The translations under genes and the position numbers were made by a program. Positions 48,025-60,600 of a stretch of DNA of 64,000 nucleotides are shown in pieces (within the stretch, counting starts at the first letter, position 1; each line of letters opens with the position of its first letter). This DNA comes from Anaeramoeba ignava BMAN. Its lineage: Eukaryota > Protista > Anaeramoebae. The notes beneath the pieces are model-generated. The model was not told the origin of the DNA and did not search any database. It saw nothing but the letters and a program-made list of their open reading frames with translations. Location: positions 62,707 to 126,706 of the forward strand of contig JAPDFW010000135.1 of assembly GCA_028826165.1 (NCBI GenBank), written 5' to 3'.

Positions 48025-49470
48025 TTAAATGAAAAAAGTTTCAAGTTCATAAACCTGCCATTTATCAAAAGAACCAGCTAAATAGTTTTTGGATTCATTT
48101 GTTCCGAATTTCATTCCAAAAGGAAGATTGTAGCTTCTTCCAAAAGATAATCTTCCAGGTTGTAAATCGGAATTTAAATCAATATCTCCATAACCTTCAC
48201 CTCCAAAAACGGGGCCATAATTTAAATTGTAATAAATGGCATGTTTTTCCTCGTTTCTTTTGATGGAAAACTTTTCTGGTTTGCGAGAGTTTTGGTAATC
48301 TCTTAAGGAAAAAATAAATGCATTTGAATCTTTAATATATCTATCGCTTCCTTTCTTAAATCCAACTTTTGTAAATCCTCCAAAGATAAAATTAGCTGTT
48401 GTTTGAATAATAACTAATGTTTTTCCTTTATTATCACACATATCATGCCATTTTTTACAATAGAATCCATCTCTTCTTGCTGAAAATCCCAAATTCATTT
48501 TGGAAAAGAATTCATTATCATTTATCCATTCTTTTAATCTGTTGAAATATTCTTTTGTTTGAATGATTGATGATTGCAATCCAATTCTTGATTTGAAAAT
48601 GAATGAATTTTGGTTTTGAATCAGCTCTCTTAATTTCATTTCATTTCCTTGATGGTTTCTGAGTGTTTCAAATTGGAGTAATGTTTGTGAAATTTGATTT
48701 GGAATTAAATTTTCGATCAAAGTTCCTTCAAGTTCTTTTGGTGAAAAATCAATAAATCTGATTTTATCAATCACATTTGAAATTTGATTCTGAATTTGTT
48801 CCTTTTCTTGCTTATCAAGTCTCTGGTTATCTTTTTGTTGGTTAATATTGAGTTTATGCTTTCCCCATTTTATTAGTGCTTGGAAAATTTCAAACTCATT
48901 TGTTATAATTTGATCATTTACTAAAATTGAATTTAAATGATTTTCTTCAAGTTGAAGGAAAAAAGGGGTTTTGATTAATATATCAAAATTTTCCAAAATA
49001 AATTGATAAGATGAGTCCATTAATTGATTAAAATTCATTGATTCAGATAGCTTTAGAATATCAACAATAGACTCAATTCGGAAATTGCTTTTAATAAAAT
49101 CTGAAGAAATTTCAATTAATTCATCAATTAAATATTTCGAAGAAAAAAACAAAATTTCAATTGCATTTTGTAATTCAAGTTCAATTTTTCCTGAATAAAA
49201 ATAATTCAAAATTGAAAATAGAGTTTGACTTGAAATATCTTTTAAGATCATTTGTTTTTCTTGTGAATCTTTCATTTCAGAATTAAAAAGTGATTTAAAA
49301 TATTGACTTCTTGTTGAAAGAATTGATTTATGAGTTTTAAATGAAATTGGATTTGTTTCTTGATTGAATTGGCAAATAATTTCAAAATCATAATAGTTTT
49401 CGTCTTTTTGATTTTGGAATAAATTTTGTAAATCATTTGAAAGTTTTTCTAAATTTGAATAATTTTGCAT
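48025..49470 (-). CDS. BTB-BACK-TLDc protein
   Basis: FKTHKSILSTRSQYFKSLF (BTB); FLQL..NEFEIFQALIKW..IRF (BACK); TLDc motifs. Confidence 0.9.
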   Translation of the reverse strand: MQNYSNLEKLSNDLQNLFQNQKDENYYDFEIICQFNQETNPISFKTHKSILSTRSQYFKSLFNSEMKDSQEKQMILKDISSQTLFSILNYFYSGKIELELQNAIEILFFSSKYLIDELIEISSDFIKSNFRIESIVDILKLSESMNFNQLMDSSYQFILENFDILIKTPFFLQLEENHLNSILVNDQIITNEFEIFQALIKWGKHKLNINQQKDNQRLDKQEKEQIQNQISNVIDKIRFIDFSPKELEGTLIENLIPNQISQTLLQFETLRNHQGNEMKLRELIQNQNSFIFKSRIGLQSSIIQTKEYFNRLKEWINDNEFFSKMNLGFSARRDGFYCKKWHDMCDNKGKTLVIIQTTANFIFGGFTKVGFKKGSDRYIKDSNAFIFSLRDYQNSRKPEKFSIKRNEEKHAIYYNLNYGPVFGGEGYGDIDLNSDLQPGRLSFGRSYNLPFGMKFGTNESKNYLAGSFDKWQVYELETFFI

Positions 49471-49739
49471 TTTTATTAAGATAAAAAATGAAAAAATGAA
49501 AAAATCAAAAAAATTTTAAAAAAACAAAAAAAATAATTTTAATCGTTTTTAATTCTTATATACTTATTTTTCAATCCTCTTTTAATTTTAAGGTTATTTT
49601 TTTTTGATTGAAGGAATATTTTTCATTTCTTATAATTTTAATTTTTTTTTAAAATTTTTTTTTGTTTTTATTTTTTCATTTTTTCATTTTAAATCATTCC
49701 AAATTTTCCGTTTTTATTTTTATTCTATTAATTTAAAAA

Positions 49740-51088
49740 ATGACAGAAAACTTATGTATAGATTATTATTATTCATAATTAAAACAAAAATCAAAAAAAA
49801 AAAAAATTTAATCCAATCATTTTTACAAATTAGTATCTCAACCTCTTATTGATAGCGAATATGAAAACAATTTTGATAATAATATTATTGGTGAAATTGA
49901 ATATATAAATGATAACGAGTCAAAAACATCAGACGATGACTTAAATATTTCTTCAGGAAATGATGATTTACTTTATCGAAATCCACGAAAATCGAGTTAT
50001 AAAAATTGAATTTAAACCAAGTTTTTATCGCAAATGGATTTTACCCCCGATTTAACAAGGGTTTTATGAGTAACTTTATTACTTTTTATGATCATGATTA
50101 TTGGCTTTTTCTTAAATATCTTTTGAGACATAATAAAAGTAATTCAAAATCAATTGAAAAAATTTTTTTAAATTAAATTAAATGAGAAAAATTTTTTTGC
50201 TTTTTTTAATCAAAAAAAAATTGGAAAAAAAAGATTCAGAAACACCACTTGATTATATTATTGCTTTTTGGATTGTTTGGGTTTGCTGGAGGAATTACAA
50301 ATTGGCTCGCAATCAAGATGTTATTTGATAAAGTTCCATTTCTTTATGGATCTGGTATTATTCCTCGAAAATTTAGAGAAATTCGTGAAACAATTAAAAA
50401 ATACAATTATGGCTTCTTTTTAATAAGGTTTTTAACAATCCCAAAAAAAAAATTTTTTTTCCTAAAATTTTTGATCCACTTTTTCTTTTTCTTTTTCTTT
50501 TTAGAATTTCCTTAAAAATTATTTAGAAAACAAATTGAGTACTTTTATAAAATTATTTAGTATTGAAGATAAAATTAAACAAGTAAAAAGCAATTTTATA
50601 TTTTATCAACTTTCATTTTAAAATGAAGGATCAATTGAATAATAATTAAATTGACAAACATTTTTAAAATTTTCTAATGAAATGATATTTAAATAAACAA
50701 CAAGTTAATTCAATCACCATCTGTTGATCATTTAATTGATCTTAAATTAGAAGAATTAAAACAAAGACCTGAAGGTAAAGTTTTATCGATGGTTGGTTTG
50801 GAGCCTGCAAAGCTCAAGCCTCTTATTCTGCCTTTTATTGGAGGTTTTGGAAATAGTTTATCACAAATTTCTGCAGATGCTTTTGGTGTTTCTGAAGTTT
50901 TTAATGCAGAAAATTTGAGAAAAGAAATTGATAATTTAATGACTGAAAAACTTAAAGAGTTAACCCCACAAGCTGTTAAAGCATTACTTGAAAGAGTCAT
51001 TAGACATCATTTGGGTTGGCTTATTGTATGGGGAAATGTTTTTGGTGGCATCATTGGTATTATTTCTAAAGCTGCTCATTATTCTTGA
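49740..51088 (+). CDS. DUF445-family membrane protein (multi-exon, some frame errors)
   Basis: GFAGGITNWLAIKMLF..P.LYGSGIIP and C-terminal HLGWLIVWGNVFGGIIG; the 5' exon structure is uncertain. Confidence 0.72.
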
Positions 51089-51215
51089 TTTCCAAAAAAT
51101 TTTTTGCTTGAAATTTTTCTTTTAATTTAAAAGAAGATTTTTTTGTGTTCAAAATAAACGTTTTTTTTCTTTTTTGCAAATTAAATGATTTTTTTTTTCT
51201 TTTTTTTTGATTGAT

Positions 51216-53568
51216 TTATTTATCATTTTCTAAATTTTCCCAAATTGCAGAAAAAGGATCTTTTTTAAGAATTTTTTCATTCTTTTCAATTTTTTCATTC
51301 TCTTCAATTTTTTCATTTTCAATTTTTGGGATTTTTTGAATAATAACTTCATGATCAAGATCTATCAACATTTTATTTTCTTTATTTTCTTTATTTTCTT
51401 TTTTTTGATTATTTTCTTTTTTTTCATTATTTTCATTATTTTGATTATTTTCTTTTTTTTGATTATTTTTTTTCTTTTTCTCAATTATAATTATTTTTGG
51501 AAGATCTGTTGTTTTCATAACATCTTCCACTTTTTGAATTGGTGGAAAATCATCTTCTTCAAAATTTTTATACCATCTAATAAATAATTCACAAATAATT
51601 TAAAAAACAATCAACAATCAACATCAATATAATTTAAAATTATTATAAAATTAAAAAAATTTTTTTTTTCACTAACAATTTTTCAATATATTTTAATTGA
51701 ATAAATTGTTCAATTTTTTTTCGATCTCCAGCTTTTGGAAATGGAAATTTTTCTTCTGTCCAATTTGCAAGATATTTTATTTTATCAACTCCATTTCCTC
51801 CTTGAATTAATTGATTTAATTCTTCAGAACTAAAAGTTGAAACACCAACACCTTTAATTCTATGTGAAAAATGTCGACTAATAAACGTTTTGAATTGTTT
51901 GTTTTTTTTTAATAGATATTTTTTTTCAAAAAAATATTATTTTTCTTTTTTTTAATTCATACTGAATTCCACTACAAATTGTACAAACAAATGTTGCATA
52001 AGGAAAACAAACATATTGTGGACCCTAATTAAAAATCAAAATCAAAAAACAAGAATTGAATTTTGAATTTTGAATTTGAATTTGAATTTGAATTTTGAAT
52101 TTAAATTTGAATTTAAATTTGATTTTGAATTTGAATTTGATTTTGATTTTGAATTTTATTTTGAATTTTAATTTTAATTTGATTTTGAATTTGAATTTGA
52201 ATTTGATTTTGAATTTGAATTTGAATTTGAATTTGAATTTTGAATTTAAATTTTAATTTGAATTTTAATTTGAATTTGAATTTGAATTTGAATTTGATTT
52301 GAATTTTAATTTGAATTTGAATTTAAATTTGAATTTGAATTTGAATTTGAATTTGAATTTGATTTTGAATTTGAATTTTAATTTTGAATTTAATTTTGAA
52401 TTTTAATTTTAATTTTAATTTGAATTTGAATTTAAATTTTAATTTTGAATTTAAATTTGATTTTGATTTTCATTTTGATTTTGATTTTGATTTTGATTTT
52501 GATTTTGATTTTGAATTTTAATTTTAATTTGATTTTGAATTTGAATTTGAATTTTAATTTGAATTTGAATTTGAATTTTAAATTTTAATTTGATTTTGAT
52601 TTTGAATTTGAATTTGAATTTGAATTTGAATTTGAATTTGAATTTGAATTTGATTTTGAATTTGAATTTGAATTTGAATTTTAATTTTAATTTGATTTTA
52701 ATTTTAATTTTAATTTTGAATTTGATTTTGAATTTTAATTTTAATTTGAATTTGAATTTGAATTTGAATTTGAATTTGAATTTGAAATTTGAATTTTAAA
52801 TTTTAATTTTAATTTTAATTTGAATTTGAATTTGAATTTGATTTTAAATTTGATTTCGATTTGAATTTTAATTTTGAATTTGAATTTTAAATTTTAATTT
52901 GAATTTGAATTTGAATTTGAATTTTAATTTGATTTTAAATTTGATTTCGATTTGAATTTTAATTTTGAATTTTAATTTTGAATTTGAATTTTAAATTTTA
53001 ATTTTAATTTTGAATTTGAATTTGAATTTGAATTTGAATTTTGAATTTAAATTTGAATTTAAATTTTAATTTTGAATTTTAATTTGAATTTTAATTTTGA
53101 ATTTGAATTTTAAATTTTAATTTTAATTTTAATTTGAATTTGAATTTGAATTTGATTTTAAATTTGAATTTGAATTTGAATTTGAATTTGAATTTGAATT
53201 TTGAATTTAAATTTTGAATTTAAATTTTAATTTGTTTTGTTTTGTTTTGTTTTGTTTTGTTTTGTTTTGTTTTGTTTTGTTTTGTTTTGTTTTGTTTTGT
53301 TTTGTTGTTTTGTTTTGTTTTGTTTTGTTTTGTTTTGTTTTGTTTTGTTTTGTTTTGTTGTTTTGTTTTGTTTTGTTTTGTTGTTTTGTTTTGTTTTGTT
53401 TTGTTTTGTTTTGTTTTGTTTTGTTTTGTTTTGTTTTGTTTTGTCTTGTTTTGTCTTGTTTTGACAAACCAATTCTTGACAATTTGCACAAACAGAATTT
53501 TCTGGTTTTTTCATAAGTTTTTTTAAAATTATAGTAGATTTTCTTATATTATCTCTTTTATCTTGCAT
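51216..53568 (-). CDS. ArfGAP, AGFG-type (multi-exon)
   Basis: Spliced PENSVCANCQEL|GPQYVCFPYATFVCTICSGIH|RHFSHRIK..STFS.EE....GGN. Confidence 0.88.
52025..53469 (-). repeat. 1.4 kb intron: (AAAAC)n followed by (ATTCAA/ATTAAA)n
   Basis: GT at 53469 and AG at 52025 on the minus strand, interrupting the zinc finger. Confidence 0.88.
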
Positions 53569-53663
53569 TATTATTTATTAATATTTAAAAAAAATGAAAA
53601 AAAAATGAAAAGAAAATTTTTAAATTCATTTTTTTCATTTTTCATTTTTTTTCATTTAAAAAA

Positions 53664-54334
53664 ATGCTTTCAAACAATTTACCATCAAATTATTTTTCAA
53701 AATTTTTCAATAATTTAATTTACAAACAAACAACACAACAAACAAAAAAAATTCTTTCAGAAAAACCGAAAAAAAAAATTTTGTTTTAGAAACAATTCAA
53801 AATCGAAGATCAACTAGAGCTTTTAAAAAAAATCAAGTTCCAAAAAAACAAATTGAAACAATAATAAATTCAGCACTTCTTTCCCCATCTTCGCGAAATC
53901 AGCAACCATGGAGAGCCCATATTGTTCGCAACGAAAAGTTATTGCGAGAAATAGGGACACATATCTATGATGAATTATCCCCACAAATTCCTCGTTTTTC
54001 TGAGCGAAAAAAGAAACTTAAGGTTTCAGAAACAGTTTTTTACGATGCTCCAACTGTCATCTTCATAACTATGGACAAATCTAGAGTTGTAACTGACAGA
54101 TCCCAAATGGATATCGGTATCTTTCTCGGAATGCTCATTAATTCTGCCCAGTCATTGAAGATTGATTCTATTCCCATTGGAGTTATTTTGCGCAAACAAG
54201 ATTATATTCATAAAAAATTATCTTTTAATGATAATGAAGTTTTGAAAGTCGCTTTAGCTTTGGGTTATAAAGATCCTGAGAGGAATATTGTTGAAAAGAA
54301 AGATTTTCTGAGTGAGATTGAATGGGTTAAGTAA
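53664..54334 (+). CDS. Nitroreductase-family flavoprotein with N-terminal extension (1-nt frameshift in A-run ~53765)
   Basis: VLETIQNRRSTRAF...ALLSPSSRNQQPW...FYDAPTVIF...DIGI...LALGY. Confidence 0.85.
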
Positions 54335-54620
54335 TTTACTTGATTTTTTTTTTGGAATGATTTTGTTCCACTTTTTTTTTTTTAAACAAAATTTTTTTTG
54401 CTTTTTTTTTTTAAAGAAAAATTTTTTTTTCCAATTATTTTATTCCAATTTTTTTTTTGTTAATTTAAAAAAAAGAAAAAAAAAAAGCCTTTAGATACAT
54501 GTTTGTTTTAAAGAAAAATAAGCAAACATCACAAAAAAGGCTAAGATTTATAATTTTTTTTTTCAAAAAAAAAACCAAATCTATTTTCATTTAATTTTAA
54601 TCTATAATTTAATTTTAATT

Positions 54621-57600
54621 CTATTTTCTTTTTTTTAAATTTGTTTCTTGTTTCATTTTTAATTTTTCTTGATGATTTAAAAAACAATCTTGACTACAAT
54701 AAATTTTTGTTAAATTATTTGCTGGACAAAGTGGTCTTGTTAATAAAGTTCCACAATTAAAACATCTATACAAATGTAATCCAATTCCTACTTCACAATT
54801 CTGTTTTCCAGATGAAAATTGTAATTCTGTATTTGAATTGAATTTATTTGAAATTGGAATTGGAATTGGATTTATTTTTTCAATTAATTTTAATTCTTCA
54901 AAAAGAGGAACAAAATTAATTTTTTCTTTTTCTTTTTCTTTTTCTTTTTCTTTTTGAATTTGATTTTGATTTTGATTTTGATTTTGATTTTGAATTTGAT
55001 TTTGAATTTGATTTTGATTTTGATTTTGATTTTGATTTAAATTTTGGTTTTGATTTTGATTTTGATTTTGATTTTGATTTTGATTTTGATTTTGATTTTG
55101 ATTTTGATTTTGATTTAAATTTTGATTTTGATTTTGAATTTGAATTTGAATTTGATTTTGATTTTGATTTTGATTTTGATTTTGATTTAAATTTTGATTT
55201 TGATTTTGATTTAAATTTTGATTTTGATTTTGATTTTGATTTTGATTTTGAATTTGATTTTGATTTAAATTTTGATTTTGATTTTGATTTAAATTTTGAT
55301 TTTGATTTTGATTTTGATTTTGATTTTGATTTTGATTTTGATTTTGATTTTGATTTTTATTTTGATTTTGATTATGATTTTGAATTTGGTTTTGATTTTG
55401 AATTTGAATTTGATTTTGATTTTGATTTTGATTTTGATTTTGATTTTGATTTTGATTTTGATTTTGATTTTGATTTTGATTTTGATTTTGATTTTGATTT
55501 TGATTTTGATTTTGAATTTGATTTTGATTTAAATTTTGATTTAAATTTTGATTTTGATTTTGAATTTGATTTTGAATTTGATTTTGAATTTGATTTTGAT
55601 TTTGATTTTGATTTAAATTTTGATTTTGATTTTGAATTTGAATTTGATTTTGATTTAAATTTTGAATTTTATTTTGAATTTGAATTTGATTTTGATTTTG
55701 ATTTTGATTTTGATTTTGATTTTGAATATCTTTTTCAGTGATATTTTCAATTTCAAAAATTCTCACTTTTCTGTATTCTGCGGTCCAAAAAAATTTTTCA
55801 TAATTAAAATCAGAAAAATTTGAGATTGATTTGAATTCAGGATTAATAGAAGTAAATTTAAAACAGTTTGAATTATCAATAATTTGAAAAAATTCACCAT
55901 TTTTTAAAAGAATTGAAGCAGTCATCATTTTTTGGTTAATTATAGAATTTCCCCATTTTGCTTCAACAAAATCTTCAGATGTTGCGAAATTACTAAGCTT
56001 CCAAAAATATTTTTGTTGTTCAATTGAATTTGTTTTATTTTTTTCATAAATATCAATAAGAACTGCTCCAATTCCATTTAGATTTAAATTTTCATTTAAA
56101 TTTTGATTTGTATTTTCATTTGAATTTTCATTTAGATTTTGATTTAAATTTTGATTTGAATTTTGATTTAAATTTAGATTTAAATTTTCATTTGAATTTT
56201 CATTTAAATTTTCATTTAAATTTAGATTTAAATTTTGATTTGAATTTTGATTTAGATTTTGATTTAGATTTTGATTTAAATTTTGATTTGAATTTTCATT
56301 TAAATTTTGATTTAAATTTAGATTTGAATTTTGATTTAAATTTTGATTTAAATTTAGATTTAAATTTTGATTTAAATTTAGATTTAAATTTTGATTTAAA
56401 TTTTCATTTGAATTTTCATTTAAATTTTGATTTAAATTTTGATTTGAATTTTGATTTAAATTTTGATTTAAATTTAGATTTAAATTTTCATTTGAATTTT
56501 CATTTGAATTTTCATTTAAATTTTCATTTAAATTTAGATTTGAATTTTGATTTAAATTTAGATTTAAATTTTGATTTGTATTTTGATTTGTATTTTGATT
56601 TGTATTTTGATTTAAATTTTCATTTAAATTTTGATTTATATTTTCATTTGAATTTTCATTTATATTTTCATTTATATTTTCATTTGAATTTTCATTTAAA
56701 TTTTCATTTAAATTTTGATTTGAATTTTGATTTAAATTTTGATTTAAATTTTGATTTAAATTTTGATTTAAATTTTGATTTGAATTTTGATTTTGATTTT
56801 CATTTAAATTTTGATTTAAATTTTGATTTAAATTTTCATTTAAATTTTCATTTAAATTTTGATTTGAATTTTGATTTAAATTTTGATTTAAATTTTGATT
56901 TGAATTTTGATTTGAATTTTGATTTGAATTTTCATTTAAATTTTGATTTGAATTTTCATTTGATTCAATTTGAAAAACAACTAGTGCTTTTCCATATGCT
57001 TTTTCTTCTGTATAAATTGTTGGATCTTCTGGATCCTTTGATGTTTTTTCTTTAATATTTGGAAATGAAATACAAAGTATTCTAACTTTTGTTGATAAAT
57101 TATTATTATTATTATTTTGATTTTCATTTTGAATCAAAGAAGGAAATAATAATTTATGATGATATTTATATTTTGTAATAAAAACAGTCGGAACTGCACT
57201 TTCTTCAGATTCTCCTGAAGTTAAAGAACAATGATTTGCTCTTTTATACATTTGCTTAAAGTCTCTTAAGTTTTGAAATATTGCTCCTTTTTTGAGTTTT
57301 TTAGCTTTTTCACGAAGAATATTTTCATTTTCATTTTCATTTTCATTTAAATTTTGATTTTGATTTTGATTTTGATTTTGATTTTGATTTTGAATTTGAA
57401 TTTCATTTTGATTTTGATTTTGATTTTGATTTTCAATTTGATTTTGATTTTGATTTTGATTTTGATTTTGATTTTGAATTTGATTTAAATTTTGATTTTG
57501 ATTTAAATTTTGATTTTGATTTAAATTTTGATTTTCATTTTCATTTTGATTTTGATTTTGATTTTCATTTTGATTTTGATTTTGATTTTGATTTTGATTT

Positions 57601-60600
57601 TGATTTTGATTTTGATTTTGATTTTGATTTTGATTTTGATTTTGATTTTGATTTTCATTTTCATTTTGAATTTGATTTTGATTTTGATTTTGATTTTGAT
57701 TTTGATTTTGATTTTGATTTTGATTTTGATTTTGATTTTGATTTTGATTTTGATTTAAATTTTGATTTTGATTTTGATTTTGATTTTGATTTTGATTTTG
57801 ATTTTGATTTTGATTTTGATTTTGATTTTGATTTTGATTTTGATTTTGATTTTGATTTTGATTTTCATTTTGATTTTGATTTTGATTTTTGATTTTTGAT
57901 TTTTGATTTTCATTTGGATTTTGATTTTGATTTAAATTTTGATTTTTGATTTAAATTTTGATTTTTTTGATTTTGATTTTGATTTTGATTTTGATTTTGA
58001 TTTTCATTGAATTGTGATTCATAAAATCTTTTTTAATTGTTCATCAAAAAACGATTTTTTAATGGAAATGGTTGTAAATAATTCTGATCATATTTTTATC
58101 AAGAGGAACAAATTCAGTACCCCTATAATAAAACTCTTGAGGAATAAGCTTCCACAAACAATAATCAGCAATTTCTTCATCATTCAAGTTACAAAGTGAT
58201 AATTTTTCTGAATTTTCTAATATTTGGGAAATAAGGATGAGACCAAGTAAAATGATCATCAAGTTGTGAGAATATTTTCCATAATTATTCTCAACATGGG
58301 TCATTTTTATAAATTCTCCAAATTTATTCCTTGCAGGTCCTAAAATTGATAATGGACCTATTTGTCTTGGTTTAAAAGCAAATTCACCTTTTTCTATATA
58401 AAAAATAGAATCTTGGTTTTGATCAAATGAATTTTTGAGCTTGATGTAATAAATCATCAAATGATTGATCTTCCATTTTGTGAGAATTGGATAATTCAAA
58501 TACGAAAACATATCCTTTAAATCTTGTTGGTAATGTAATTAAACAAAGGGAATCTGGTGAAAAACATGCATCTAAAATTGAAATGCTTTGATCATAAAAT
58601 ATAGGTTTCAATTTGAGTGGTGCTCCTGCCACAATTTCCCAAACTACAAAACTTGATTTTCCTTTATAAATCATTCTGTCGACAATTAAAAATCTGAAAT
58701 CTGATGAAATGGATATTTTTGGGTTGAATATATTGTAAATTTGCATCCTTGGCAAATTTTAATTTGTGGATATCAATAAATTTTTCTCATCTACACCAAG
58801 ATCTTTAATTTCAAATTCATTTCCCATGAAATTATCAACTAAATTATTAAAAGAAGAATTTGATTCAATATTTTGATTTTTCTTTTTGAACAATTTTTTT
58901 TTCATTTTATTTTTGTTTTCTAACTTTTTAGAATAATGTCTTTTTCTTCTATATCAAATGGATAAAATTATCAACAAGAGGATATATTCTCACTTCTCCT
59001 TTTAAGTTTATAATCATTATTATATATATCATCAAATCCTGGATTTTCTTCATCATATCTTAATAATACATGTGGAATATATATTGTGAAAATATTACTT
59101 TTTGATGAATGTCTTTCAAGAAATATAATTAAATTTTTGGGTTTTCCAAAAATATATTTTGATTTTTGAATGATTTTCAGATTGTGTACCACAAAAGAAT
59201 CTTTTTAAGCTAATTTTTAATTTATAATTTAATTTATATTTTTATTTATAATTTTAATTTATAATTTTATTTATAATTTTATTTTATAATTTTATTTATA
59301 ATTTAATTTATAATTTTAATTTTATAATTTTATTTATAATTTTATTTATAATTTTATTTATAATTTTATTTATATAATTTAATTTATATTTTTATTTATA
59401 ATAATTTAATTTATAATTTTATTTATAATTTAATTTATAATTTTATTTATAATTTTATTTATAATTTATTTATATTTTAATTTATAATTTTATTTATAAT
59501 TTTATTTATAATTTTTATTTAATTTTATTTATAATTTTATTTATAATTTTATTTATGTTTTTAATTTTTATTTTTTTATTTTAATTTATAATTTTATTTA
59601 TAATTTTATTTTATATTTATTTTAATTTTTATTTTATTTATAATTTTTATTTATAATTTAATTTATAATTTAATTTATAATTTTATTTATAATTTAAATT
59701 TATAATTTTAATTTATAATTTTTATTTATAATTTTTTTTATAATTTTATTTTATTATGTTTATAATTTTATTTATAATTTAATTTATATTTTATTTATAA
59801 TTTTCTTTATATTTTCATTTATAATTTTAATTTATAATTTTATTTATAATTTTTATTTATAATTTCAATTTTATGATTTAATTTTATAATTTTAATTTTT
59901 ATAATTTTTTATATTTGATTTTATTTTAAATTTAATTTATAATTTTATTTATAATTTTAATTTATAATTTAATTTATAGTTTTTAATTTATAATTTAAAT
60001 TTTAATTTTTATTTTATAATTTAATTTTATTTAATTTATATTTTTATTTTATAATTTAAATTTATAATTTAATTTTTATTTATAATTTAATTTATAATTT
60101 AATTTATAATTTTATTTATAATTTTTTATTTATAATTTTATTTTATTTAATTTTTTTTTTATAATTTTAATTTATGGTTTTAAATTTATAATTTTATTTA
60201 TAATTTAATTTATAATTTTATTTATGATTTTTATTTTATAATTTAATTTATGTTTTTATTTATAATTTCAATTTATATTTTTAATTTATAATTTTATTTA
60301 TAATTTTAATTTATAATTTTATTTATAATTTTATTTATAATTTAATTTATAATTTAATTTATATTTTATTTATAATTTTATTTATATTTTTTAATTTATA
60401 ATTTTATTTATAATTTAATTTATAATTTTTATTTATATTTTTAATTTATAATTTAATTTATAATTTTTAATTTTTATAATTTTAATTTATATTTTATTTA
60501 TAATTTTAATTTATAATTTAATTTATAATTTTATTTATTTATAATTTTATTTATAATTTTATTTATAATTTTTATTTATAATTTAATTTATGATTTTTTA

